Source of the DNA: Elusimicrobiota bacterium
GTDB lineage: Bacteria > Elusimicrobiota > Elusimicrobia > UBA1565 > JACRDR01
DNA: 58,428 bases
NCBI GenBank assembly: GCA_016207565.1
Contig: JACQPK010000267.1
Location: 1-58,428, forward strand
Direction: 5' to 3'
The translations under genes were made by a program, and so were the position numbers. Positions 27,547 to 35,644 of this stretch are shown one piece after another. Within the stretch, counting starts at the first letter, position 1. Each line of letters opens with the position of its first letter. Below the pieces are notes generated by a model. It saw only the letters and a list, made by a program, of their open reading frames with translations, had not been told where the DNA came from and made no database searches.

Positions 27547-28553
27547 CGCCCCGTGTAGCGGCGCCGGCAGGCCTCGTCCGCATTGCAGCGCCGCATGGCT
27601 TCCATGCACGCCGGGGTGACGTTCGCGCCCCGGCAGGCCTCGAGTCCGGTGACGCCGTTCTCCGCGCCGGTCTCGAGGACGCGCAGCAACTGGCGGCGCG
27701 ACTCGTCGTCCATGCGGCTCAAGAGCGCGGAGCTCTCCAGCCCCTCGACCTCTTGCGACTCTCCCGCGTCCTTCACCCTCGCCAGCTTCCAGTCGATGCC
27801 GCGAGCCTCCTGTCCTAGATCGCTTCGGCCGCGGACCTCCTCGTCGCGCAGGCCGTCGCCGGCGTTCTCTCCCGCCGCGCGGCGCGGACCGGCGCCGTAC
27901 GCGCTCGGCGCGTCCCGCAGATCCGTCGGCCGCTCGAGCGACGGGTTCGACGCGAGAAGGCGCCACGCGTTGCCGCTGTCGGAGCGGAATAGCCTCGCCT
28001 CGGCGGCCGCGCCCCGGACGACCGTCGCCGGGCGCGTCGCCGCGGCCCGCGGATACAACGACCGGCCGGACGCCGCGGACATGCCGGCGAGGGCCGAGGA
28101 GCGCTCTTGCGAGCGGGCCGGGCCCTGCCACCGCGCGCGGCCTTTCAGGGAGCCGGAGGCGTCCCACTCCATCGCCTTTCCTTCGTCCCACGCCGCGCCG
28201 GGAGCCGAGCGCGCCGCGGTCGGCTGCGCCTCCGCCGCCGCGCGCGAGGCGCCTAGCGCCGCCAACGAGGAACCGTTGCGCGGGCCGCCGCGCCGCCGGG
28301 CCGCGCCGGCCGCCGCCAGCGGCTCGCCGGCCGCGGTCCAGGCGGCGGCCGGACGCGCCGCGAAAAGCGGGCGGGGCGCCTCGAGCCTGCGGCCGACCGA
28401 GAACCGAGCGCCGTCCGCATCGGTCGTCCATAAGGCGAAGACCGCGCCGCTGGCCCCGCCTCCCAGCGAGAGGAGCGCCGCCAGGATGAGGAGCCGCCGA
28501 TCGGAACCGTCGGGCGGCACCGTCCTGCGCACCTGGATCATCGGCTCGTTCAT
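27543..28553 (-). CDS. Membrane-anchored low-complexity protein ending in C-x8-C-x6-C-x5-C (geneA)
   Basis: Start taken at MNEPMIQVRR...RLLILAALLSLGGGASGAVFALW. Cys motif CRGANVTPACMEAMRRCNADEAC is encoded at 27567-27635. Confidence 0.6.
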   Translation of the reverse strand: MNEPMIQVRRTVPPDGSDRRLLILAALLSLGGGASGAVFALWTTDADGARFSVGRRLEAPRPLFAARPAAAWTAAGEPLAAAGAARRRGGPRNGSSLAALGASRAAAEAQPTAARSAPGAAWDEGKAMEWDASGSLKGRARWQGPARSQERSSALAGMSAASGRSLYPRAAATRPATVVRGAAAEARLFRSDSGNAWRLLASNPSLERPTDLRDAPSAYGAGPRRAAGENAGDGLRDEEVRGRSDLGQEARGIDWKLARVKDAGESQEVEGLESSALLSRMDDESRRQLLRVLETGAENGVTGLEACRGANVTPACMEAMRRCNADEACRRRYTGR

Positions 28554-28559
28554 ACCGGC

Positions 28560-28588
28560 AGGATGCGCCGATCCCGAAGACCCCTCCA
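28560..28588 (-). promoter_or_regulatory. Promoter candidate TGGAGG-17-CATCCT, 6 nt before ATG 28553
   Basis: Read on the minus strand. It has the same TGGAG -35 box and spacing as the three upstream modules at 31270, 32861 and 38281. Confidence 0.4.
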
Positions 28589-28682
28589 CGAAAAAGCCGT
28601 TGACACCGGAATCTGTCGTAAAAACCGGAGCTTTTACGCCGGAAACCGTATTCGCACAAAATTCCTTCAGAGGCTCTCCGCC

Positions 28683-28711
28683 TTGCATTCCCACGCCGCG
28701 GACCGCATACT
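28683..28711 (+). promoter_or_regulatory. Promoter candidate TTGCAT-17-CATACT, 6 nt before ATG 28718
   Basis: Hexamers and spacing read directly. No Shine-Dalgarno is present. Confidence 0.4.
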
Positions 28712-28717
28712 TTCGCG

Positions 28718-29821
28718 ATGGCGCACGCCGCTTCGAAGCTCGACCTAAAAACCCTCGGCCTGCTCGCCGTCGTGGTGCTCCTGAGCATGCTCGCGGGGAC
28801 CGGGACGGTGCGCCTATTCCTCAAAGGGGGCGGGACCTCGAAGCCGAGCGCCGTAGACGTCACGGTCGCCCCCGAACCACCCGAGAAGAAGAGCGTCTTC
28901 GCCAAAGACGAGCCCGCCGGGGAGCCGGCGCCCCAAGCTCACGCCGAGGTGAAGGTGCCGGTGCTCCCGCTGCCGCCGACCCTGCCGCCCAAGCGCCGGA
29001 GGAAAATGCCGCCGCAGCCCGCTCCCGAGACCCCGGAGCCGCCCCAGATCGCGCCCGCGAACTTCTTCAACTACGGGATCGGGGAAGGGGTCGAGAAGTC
29101 GGGCGCGCGGTTGGACGTCCCCGCGGCCCCGGAGCGTCCGCGTCGCGAGCTTCAGCGCGTCCCGTCGATCGGCCAAGCCCGCCCGCGCAACGTCACGGGC
29201 GCCAAGCCCCCTTCCGTGCCTCGGCCGGAGGGAAGCGAGTTCAAATCCGCGAAGGCGTCCGGGGCCGCGCTCAAGGCGCATCTCAGCCGGATGTTCGGAG
29301 AGCCGGACGGGGCCCTGAGGGTGCCGCTGTCCAAGTTTACCACCGACACGCCCGGCGACGGCGAAGGGCGGACCGGCGAAAGCGGTCCGGCCCGAGGCAC
29401 GCCGGCGGGCGGGATCGACCCGCGGCTGCGGCGCATCAACAACGCCACGATCACCGACGAGGACGCGCAGAACCCCGCGATCGAGCCCCGCCACGCGACG
29501 TTCGACATGGCCGCGCCGCGGACGCTCCAGTACCGAGTGACCGACATCCCGAAAGAGCGCACCGTCGTCTGCTACGAGGTGCTCGCGCACCCCTGCTGCC
29601 CGGAGTGCGTCGGCCCCGGCAATCAATGCGAGAGCTCGGCGAACTACTCCTCGTTCAACGGGAACGCCGACTGGAGATACGAGGGCGGCGCCTGGCTCGG
29701 AACGTTGGTGTACGTCCCGGCGGCGTACGGCTGCGAGGGCATCCAGGTCCGCTTCGTCTTCGCCGACAAGCGGACCGGCAAACACGCCGGCGCCGGCATG
29801 AACGTCGTCAACGGCTACTGA
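28718..29821 (+). CDS. Membrane-anchored surface protein: diverged N-module + type I Cys-rich C-terminal domain
   Basis: TM segment LGLLAVVVLLSMLAG and the motif RPRRELQRVPSIGQARP. The C-terminal region ATFDMAAPRTLQYRVTDIPKERTVVCYEVLAH... aligns with geneC AEFDMNDPRTIRYEITGLAAEKTTVCYEVLDH... Confidence 0.65.
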   Translation: MAHAASKLDLKTLGLLAVVVLLSMLAGTGTVRLFLKGGGTSKPSAVDVTVAPEPPEKKSVFAKDEPAGEPAPQAHAEVKVPVLPLPPTLPPKRRRKMPPQPAPETPEPPQIAPANFFNYGIGEGVEKSGARLDVPAAPERPRRELQRVPSIGQARPRNVTGAKPPSVPRPEGSEFKSAKASGAALKAHLSRMFGEPDGALRVPLSKFTTDTPGDGEGRTGESGPARGTPAGGIDPRLRRINNATITDEDAQNPAIEPRHATFDMAAPRTLQYRVTDIPKERTVVCYEVLAHPCCPECVGPGNQCESSANYSSFNGNADWRYEGGAWLGTLVYVPAAYGCEGIQVRFVFADKRTGKHAGAGMNVVNGY

Positions 29822-31284
29822 TGCGGCTGACGACGAAGATCACGCTGCTGCAAACGGGTTTCGCCGCCGTCGTGCTGCTCGCGACGCTGCTTCCCTTGGT
29901 CGTTTCCGAACGGCGCCACGTGCGCGAGCTCGAGGAGAAGCGCCAGGCCGCGCAGGTGGAGCAGCTCGCCCGCGCCTGCGGCGAGGCGTTCAAGAGCCAA
30001 GACGAGGCCGCCGCGCTCGGCTATCTCAAGACGCTCGTGCTGGTCTCGCCGCCCGGCTCGATCAGCTACGGCGCCTTCCTCGACGCCGAGGGCCGGACGT
30101 GGCTCCACACCGAGTTCCTCCACGGCGGCCGCGCCTCGAAGGGGAAGCGCGCGGCGGACCCGCGCGTAGACGCGGCGCTCGCCTCGCCCGAAGGCGGGCG
30201 CTCGGGGAACCTCATCTGGGCCCCGGTATATTTCACCGGACCCGCCGGCCGCGAACGCCGCGGCACCGCGGTCATCGCCTACGACCCGGCCGCGGCCTCG
30301 CAAGCCCTCGGCGCGCTCCAACGCGACTCGCTCTCGAGGGTCGCGCAGGTAGCGTTGCCGGGCCTGGGCCTCGGGCTCCTGCTTGCGTTCGTGCTCGGCC
30401 GCGCGCTGGCGGAACCGATCCAGCGCTTGGCCTTCGGGACGCGCCGCGTCGGCGAAGGGAGGCTCGACACGCGGATCCCCGACGAGGGCTCCGACGAGCT
30501 CGGCGACCTGGCGCGGGACTTCAACGCGATGGCCGCCAAGCTCAACGAGCTCGACGAGCTCAAAGACAGCTTCCTAGCGCAGATCACGCACGACCTGCGC
30601 AACCCGCTTACGGCGATCATCGCGCACGTGAACGTGCTCGGCATGGGAATCCACGGACCCGTGAACGAGAAGCAGAAGAAGAACCTGGACCTCGTCCAAG
30701 AGAGCTCGCTTTACCTCAACGAGCTGATCGGCGACATCCTCGACCTGACCAAGCTCGAGGCGGGCAAGATGGAGTTCGCGCCGAAACCGGTGGACGCCCA
30801 CGCCGCGGCCCGCGCCGTACTCGACCTCAACTCCGCGCGGGCCGCGGAGTACGGCGTCGCGCTCGAGTGCGCCGTGCCCGAGGGCGCCTCCGTCACGGCC
30901 GACCCCGAAGGCCTAAAGCGCGTCCTCATCAACCTCGTCTCCAACGCGCTGAAGTTCACGCCCAAAGGCGGCAAGGTGACGGTCGGCCTCGCCTCGGTCA
31001 ACGGCTCGGACCGGATCTCGGTGTCCGACACCGGCATCGGGATCCCGGAGGACAAGCTCGGCCTCCTATTTAGGAAGTTCTCCCAGGTGGCCGAGACCAA
31101 GAACAAGGTGCGAGAGGCGGCCGGCACCGGCCTCGGGCTCGTCATCTGCAAGCAGATCGTGGAGGCCCACGGCGGCACGATCGGCGTCGAGAGCGTCTAC
31201 CGGAAGGGCACGACGTTCTTCTTCCACCTTCCCAAGGCCCCCCGGCCGGAAGACCCCGCCGTTCCCTCCCTCAAAGACGGCTGA
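29821..31284 (+). CDS. HAMP domain-containing sensor histidine kinase
   Basis: The start shares one nt with the previous stop (TGATG). Two TM segments flank a ~150-aa periplasmic region. Has HAMP, an H-box FLAQITHDLRNPLTAI, and HATPase GTGLGLVICKQIVEAHGGTIGVES. Confidence 0.9.
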   Translation: MRLTTKITLLQTGFAAVVLLATLLPLVVSERRHVRELEEKRQAAQVEQLARACGEAFKSQDEAAALGYLKTLVLVSPPGSISYGAFLDAEGRTWLHTEFLHGGRASKGKRAADPRVDAALASPEGGRSGNLIWAPVYFTGPAGRERRGTAVIAYDPAAASQALGALQRDSLSRVAQVALPGLGLGLLLAFVLGRALAEPIQRLAFGTRRVGEGRLDTRIPDEGSDELGDLARDFNAMAAKLNELDELKDSFLAQITHDLRNPLTAIIAHVNVLGMGIHGPVNEKQKKNLDLVQESSLYLNELIGDILDLTKLEAGKMEFAPKPVDAHAAARAVLDLNSARAAEYGVALECAVPEGASVTADPEGLKRVLINLVSNALKFTPKGGKVTVGLASVNGSDRISVSDTGIGIPEDKLGLLFRKFSQVAETKNKVREAAGTGLGLVICKQIVEAHGGTIGVESVYRKGTTFFFHLPKAPRPEDPAVPSLKDG

Positions 31285-31388
31285 AACGATCCTCCCTCAG
31301 CCTGAAAATACTCCGAAAAGTAATGCGGTAACACCGTTCAGCGCCAAGTTTATGGAGACCGCGCCCGCCTCGGGCTACCGTAAGGCCA
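31270..31388 (+). promoter_or_regulatory. Conserved upstream module, copy A (boxes 1-5; -35 TGGAGA 31353-31358, -10 TACCGT 31376-31381)
   Basis: Colinear with the copies at 32861 and 38281. Box 1 overlaps the kinase stop codon. Confidence 0.55.
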
Positions 31389-31403
31389 GTGAGGAGGCCG
31401 GAC

Positions 31404-32726
31404 ATGAAGAACCGATTCTGGATCGCGCTCGCGAGCTTGGCTCTCGGTGCGTTCGCCGAGGCCCGGGAGGCGCTGGCGCCGAGGGCGCAGGTCGAGTTCG
31501 AGCTGGGCGTCGTGCGCCACGAGTTGCGCAAGAAGAGCTCCGGGCCCCGCTGGAGCGCCGGGATCACCTCGATGGCCCAACTGTCGCTCGACGCCCGCCG
31601 CGCGCGGCTCGGCGGAGGCGGCGGGGCGCCTTCGGGAACCCTCCCCAAGCTCTCGGCCCTCTCCGTCCCCGGAGCCGGCGCGAGCGCGGTCGACTGGCGG
31701 GACCGCGACGGCCGGGACTTCGTGACGCCGGTCAAGAACCAAGGCAAGTGCGCCAGCTGCTGGGCGTTCTCGACCACCGCGGCGCTGGAGTCCTACATCC
31801 TGAGGCGCTCGAGCGTCTCCTCCCAGATCGACCTCTCCGAGCAGATCGTGGTTTCCTGCAGCGGCGCCGGGAACTGCGTCGAGGGCGGCTTCCAGGACTA
31901 CGCGGCGGAGTATCTCCAGAGGATCGGAACGGCCGACGAGTCGCTCGCTCCCTACCAGGCGGCCGACGCGCCGTGCACGCTCCTCGGGGGCTCTTGGACG
32001 AACGAGACGCTGCGGGCGGGGCAGTGGTTCTCGGTCGACGGCTCCGTCGACGGCCTGCGCTCCGCGCTGGCCGACCACGGGCCGGTCGTCGTCTGGTTCC
32101 GGGTCTACGCCGACTTCTTCTTCTATCAGTCCGGCGTCTACGAGCACGTCGCGGGCGACTGGATGGGCAACCACTCGGTCGTCCTGGTCGGCTACGACGA
32201 CACCCAGCGCGCCTTCATCGCCAAGAACAGCTGGGGGACCCGGTGGGGCGACCGAGGCTATTTCCTGATCTCCTACTCGGCCGTGTCGTCGGAGGTCGAG
32301 CTCGGACGCTGGTCGCTCGCGTTCGCGCCGAAGGAGCCGTCCCCGGTCCAGGTCCGCGTCGCCCAGCCGAGGCCGAACGCGATCGTCGCGCCGGACGCCG
32401 CCGCGACGGGAAGCGTGACGTTCGAAGGCGACGAGAACTTCCGCGTGACCGCGTTGGAGTTCACGGTCGACGGACGGAGGCTTCCGCCGGTCGAGCCCGC
32501 TCAGGCGTGGTCGGTCGCGCTTTCGACGGAGAGCCTCGCCGACGGCCCCCACACGCTGACGGTCACGGCGGCCGACAACGCCGGGCACACCCGCACGGTG
32601 TCGGTTCCGTTCACGGTCGGGGAGACGCTCGTCGACGACTTCGACTTCCGCCACCCCGGTCCGGACACGGACCTGGAGGACCGCCGCCGCCGATTCCGGC
32701 GCCGGCCCTTCACGCTGCGGCCGTGA
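31404..32726 (+). CDS. Papain-like (C1A) cysteine peptidase, secreted, with C-terminal Ig-like domain
   Basis: GAGGAGG is 6 nt upstream of the start. Signal peptide MKNRFWIALASLALGAFA. Catalytic contexts QGKCASCWAFS (Cys), GNHSVVLVGYD (His) and KNSWG (Asn). An alternative GTG start lies at 31389. Confidence 0.85.
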   Translation: MKNRFWIALASLALGAFAEAREALAPRAQVEFELGVVRHELRKKSSGPRWSAGITSMAQLSLDARRARLGGGGGAPSGTLPKLSALSVPGAGASAVDWRDRDGRDFVTPVKNQGKCASCWAFSTTAALESYILRRSSVSSQIDLSEQIVVSCSGAGNCVEGGFQDYAAEYLQRIGTADESLAPYQAADAPCTLLGGSWTNETLRAGQWFSVDGSVDGLRSALADHGPVVVWFRVYADFFFYQSGVYEHVAGDWMGNHSVVLVGYDDTQRAFIAKNSWGTRWGDRGYFLISYSAVSSEVELGRWSLAFAPKEPSPVQVRVAQPRPNAIVAPDAAATGSVTFEGDENFRVTALEFTVDGRRLPPVEPAQAWSVALSTESLADGPHTLTVTAADNAGHTRTVSVPFTVGETLVDDFDFRHPGPDTDLEDRRRRFRRRPFTLRP

Positions 32727-32761
32727 CCGCGGGTTTCTCGCCGGCGGCTGCGCCTACCTAG

Positions 32762-32845
32762 GCTAGTGCGGCCTTGATCGGCCAGCGCGAGCGCGCGGTA
32801 GCGCCGCGTCTGCGCGTCATCTTCGATGAAGAGGGTCGTCTTTCC
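32762..32845 (-). pseudogene. Fragment of an OmpR-type response regulator N-terminus
   Basis: GKTTLFIEDDAQTRRYRALALADQGRT aligns with the intact regulator GKTILMIEDDGNTRRAFAAALASLGHRV (36116-36799). There is no start codon, and similarity stops after ~28 codons. Confidence 0.45.
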
Positions 32846-32860
32846 TTGAGCCCTGGGGCT

Positions 32861-32974
32861 CTCAAAGACCGCTGAAACCGTCCCGCGCCCCCTGGAAATA
32901 GACGAAATTTCCGGCGAAATCCGTTCAGAGAAGAATGCGTGGAAGCGGCGCGGCGGCCGGGCTACCCTGCGAGC
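32861..32974 (+). promoter_or_regulatory. Conserved upstream module, copy B (-35 TGGAAG 32940-32945, -10 TACCCT 32963-32968, ATG 32975)
   Basis: Colinear with copies A and C. The -10 is followed by exactly 6 nt and then ATG, with no SD. Confidence 0.55.
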
Positions 32975-33208
32975 ATGAACGCTACAGCAGAGAGCCTGAG
33001 GCCGATCACGATACTCGCCGCCGGGCTCAGCGCCCAGGCAACGCCGCAGCCGGCAACAACTCTGACCAAGGCGATCGGAGCGTCGAGTGCCCACGTCGCC
33101 TTGGCGACCGGGCCGGCCGGCGTCTTGGCGACCGGCGCCGAGCCCGGGGTCCCCGACCGCCGCAAACGGCTGGCTGCAGGTGTTGGCGCCCGATCGGTGA
33201 TCCCATGA
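32975..33208 (+). CDS. 77-aa stand-alone copy of the shared N-module (signal peptide + GASSAHVA...RRKRLAAGVGARSVIP)
   Basis: Signal-like ITILAAGLSAQA. The C-terminal half aligns with geneB GGASSAFLAV...AKKRLKRLASIGVARTAPT. ATGA overlap with the next gene. Confidence 0.45.
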   Translation: MNATAESLRPITILAAGLSAQATPQPATTLTKAIGASSAHVALATGPAGVLATGAEPGVPDRRKRLAAGVGARSVIP

Positions 33209-34248
33209 AACGCTTCTTGCTGCCGGCCGTCGCGAGCCTGCTCGTCCTTCTCGGACCGGGAGCCGAGGCGGGCCCGCGCAAGCGGAAGCTCGCGCCGCTC
33301 ACCTCGTGGCCCTCCGCGGCGCAGACCGCGAAGAGCCTGTCCGGCGTCTTTACCGCGGCGCCCGGCGACGCCGGCCTCCAGTCGTCCGAGGCCGGCACGC
33401 CTTCGGCGCAAGACGGACGGGGCGGCCTGGCCTTCGGCCGCGCGACGGGCGTCGAGGCTTCGGTGCTCCGGTCGGGCCTGCCGTCGGGAGCGCACGCGTC
33501 CGCGTCGACGCAGCATGCGTCCTCGACGAAGACCGCCGCGGGGGCCTCGGAGCCCGAGCCCGCCTCGGCGTCGTGCCGCGGCGAGGACTGGGTCGATCTC
33601 TCATGCTCGGTGCCGCCCCAGCCGGAGGTGCAGGCGCTCACGGCCGAGGAGCGGGAGGAGTGCGAGGCCGAGGCCCGAGCGGCGCCCTCCTACCTCGGCG
33701 CGGAGTGCAACCCGGCGGCATGGTGGCTGCGGCGGCACCATTATGAGACTCCCGCGTACTTGGACGCCCAGGCGGGCTGCCGCGAGCGCGTCCACAACGT
33801 CTGGTGGACGCGGCGCACCTTCGATAGCTGTCCGGAGACGTTCGGCTCCGGGCAGCGCCGGATGATCGAGGGACCCGCGGGCGCCCTCGTCACATTCAAG
33901 GTGCAGACCCAGAAGTTCCAGCCCGGGATCCACCACGTCAACGAGTGGGTCGCCGCCGAGCGCCCGATAGCGCAGCCGCGTTCGGTGAAGGCGTGGATCT
34001 CGGCCGAGCCCGCCGGGGAAGCCGTGGCCGGTCTCGGATGCAGCAGGGAAGGCGTGTTCATCTTCAGCGTCGACCTCAGGTATCTGCTTTACGACGCGGG
34101 CGGGCCCGTGCCGGCGGACACGCAGCGCGCCGTGGACACGTACCAGTGGTGCCTGCTCAAGGCCGAGCGCGTATACTACATCAACTTCGAGATCACCGAG
34201 TGCGACGCGGCGGTCTGCGGAGTCGTCAGCGAGCTGTACCTGCACTAG
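33205..34248 (+). CDS. Secreted Cys-rich protein (paralog of 38396-39466)
   Basis: Signal peptide MKRFLLPAVASLLVLLGPGAEA. PRKRKL...GLQSSEAGTP aligns with PKRKL...GLQSTQAGTP. The C-terminal ...QWCLLKAERVYYINFEITEC aligns with ...NLCILEPGGHYYLNVAGRC. Confidence 0.65.
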   Translation: MKRFLLPAVASLLVLLGPGAEAGPRKRKLAPLTSWPSAAQTAKSLSGVFTAAPGDAGLQSSEAGTPSAQDGRGGLAFGRATGVEASVLRSGLPSGAHASASTQHASSTKTAAGASEPEPASASCRGEDWVDLSCSVPPQPEVQALTAEEREECEAEARAAPSYLGAECNPAAWWLRRHHYETPAYLDAQAGCRERVHNVWWTRRTFDSCPETFGSGQRRMIEGPAGALVTFKVQTQKFQPGIHHVNEWVAAERPIAQPRSVKAWISAEPAGEAVAGLGCSREGVFIFSVDLRYLLYDAGGPVPADTQRAVDTYQWCLLKAERVYYINFEITECDAAVCGVVSELYLH

Positions 34249-34291
34249 TGGGGAAGTTCCGTTGCGCCTCCCGATTTGGGAGGATCGCCTC

Positions 34292-34798
34292 ATGAACACG
34301 TCCAAGGCGACCGGGCTCGGGGCGTGCCTCGCCCTGCTCGCGATGCTCTTCGGCTTCATCCTCGGCGGGGCTTTCGGAGGCGCCGAGAGCTCCATCAAGC
34401 AGCGCCTCGCCGACTCGGGCGCCGCGGCGCTGCAGACCGCCTACGCGGGCGACAAGGCCGCGATGGACGCGGTCGTGAAGAAGTCCTGGGAATACCTCCA
34501 GCGCGCCCACCTCCACGGCGGCGCGATCGGGGCGGGCGCGCTCGCCTCCATCCTGGCCCTCACGTTGCTCGCGGCGCCGGGACGCCTGCGGGACGCCAGC
34601 GCGCTCGCGCTCGGCGCCGGCTCGCTCCTCTACCCCGTGTTCTGGCTCGTCGCGGGCCTGGCCGCCCCGGGGCTCGGGAGCACGGGCGCCGCGAAGGAGG
34701 CGTTCAAGTTCTTGGCGGTGCCGGGCGCGGGGCTGTGCATCCTCGGGCTATGCGGGACGCTGGCCTGCGTGGCGCGCGGGCTCCGGTCGAAGCCCTAG
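34292..34798 (+). CDS. Integral membrane protein, hypothetical (about 4 TM)
   Basis: GGGAGGA lies 7 nt upstream of the start. The protein is hydrophobic and Gly/Ala/Leu-rich. Confidence 0.55.
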   Translation: MNTSKATGLGACLALLAMLFGFILGGAFGGAESSIKQRLADSGAAALQTAYAGDKAAMDAVVKKSWEYLQRAHLHGGAIGAGALASILALTLLAAPGRLRDASALALGAGSLLYPVFWLVAGLAAPGLGSTGAAKEAFKFLAVPGAGLCILGLCGTLACVARGLRSKP

Positions 34799-35595
34799 CG
34801 CGACGCCGAGTCCGCGAACCAGACGAGGGGCCCGTTCCAGGACTCGTGGCTGAACGCGCGGACACGGACCGGGGCCATAAAGCCGCCGCCGGCGTTGAAA
34901 TCGCCGGGCGTATGCTGCGACTCGACGGCCTTCAGCCCGGTCGCCTGCTCGATCGAGGATGCGAGTGCCTTCGCGTCGCCGCCTTGGAAAAAGACGACCG
35001 ACGGCGCGCCGAGCCCCGCCTCCGCCTCGAGCCACTTGTCCTGGACGATCTTGCGCGGATCGGTGTAGGTCACCTGCAAGGCGATCTCGGGGTTTTTCTC
35101 GCCGTTGAGCGAGAGCTTCAGCGCGTAGAGGCCGCGGCCCGACGACTTGACCTTCGAGAACCATTGCTCGTAGCGCGAGTCGTCCGGCGACTCCTCGAGT
35201 CCGGCCTTGGCGCGGGCGGCCGCCCAGTCCTTCTCGTCGGTGAGCGTTTCGATCCGACCCGTGACCGGGCTCCCCGCAAATCCCATCGACTTCGACATCC
35301 CCCGCGTCCCTTCGCTCTTGATCCCCGCCGCTCGCGCGCCGAGCCTCGCGTGGAGCGTCTTCTCGTCGTCGCCGAGCGCCGCGCCGGATAGTCCCTTGCC
35401 GGGCGCGAGTCCCCGCGGCGCCACGAACACCCTCACCACGGCCGGCCCGTTCGCGCTGACGATGAGCCGGTCGGTGCGCAGCTTCCCGTCGACGACGGTC
35501 GTGCTCTCGCGGCCCGTGGCGCCGTGCAGGCAGGCGAAGGCGGCCGAACCGGCGGCGGCGAGCGTCAGGACGGCGAGGAGGAGTCGGGTCTTCAT
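34795..35595 (-). CDS. Secreted hypothetical protein
   Basis: GGGAGG is upstream of the start. Signal peptide MKTRLLLAVLTLAAAGSAAFA, followed by a complex globular sequence. Confidence 0.6.
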   Translation of the reverse strand: MKTRLLLAVLTLAAAGSAAFACLHGATGRESTTVVDGKLRTDRLIVSANGPAVVRVFVAPRGLAPGKGLSGAALGDDEKTLHARLGARAAGIKSEGTRGMSKSMGFAGSPVTGRIETLTDEKDWAAARAKAGLEESPDDSRYEQWFSKVKSSGRGLYALKLSLNGEKNPEIALQVTYTDPRKIVQDKWLEAEAGLGAPSVVFFQGGDAKALASSIEQATGLKAVESQHTPGDFNAGGGFMAPVRVRAFSHESWNGPLVWFADSASR

Positions 35596-35644
35596 GGGGG
35601 GCCTCCCGGGCGCTCGGAAGGATATCCCCGGAGCGATTGTCACG

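Noticed and set aside
28600-28605. A perfect TTGACA hexamer in the 28554-28717 intergenic region.
   Set aside because: No TAnnnT-like -10 lies 16-18 nt downstream on the + strand. The nearest candidate, GTAAAA, is only 12 nt away.
28554-28694. The longer start (28694) for geneA given in the ORF track.
   Set aside because: It would leave only 23 nt to the divergent 28718 start, and it adds a non-hydrophobic extension before the TM anchor. MNEPM at 28553 has a -10/-35 pair at leaderless spacing.
27583-29820. The N-terminal two thirds of the 1233-aa + strand ORF that ends as the HAMP histidine kinase.
   Set aside because: Only the part from ATG 29821 has kinase features (TM, HAMP, H-box). The upstream part is antisense to geneA and overlaps the better-supported 28718-29821 gene in another frame.
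31348-31377. GTTTAT ... GGGCTA in module copy A, resembling a sigma-B type GTTTAA/GGGTAT promoter.
   Set aside because: The spacer is 18-20 nt in copies A and C, versus the 12-15 nt expected. Copy B also lacks the GTTT box.
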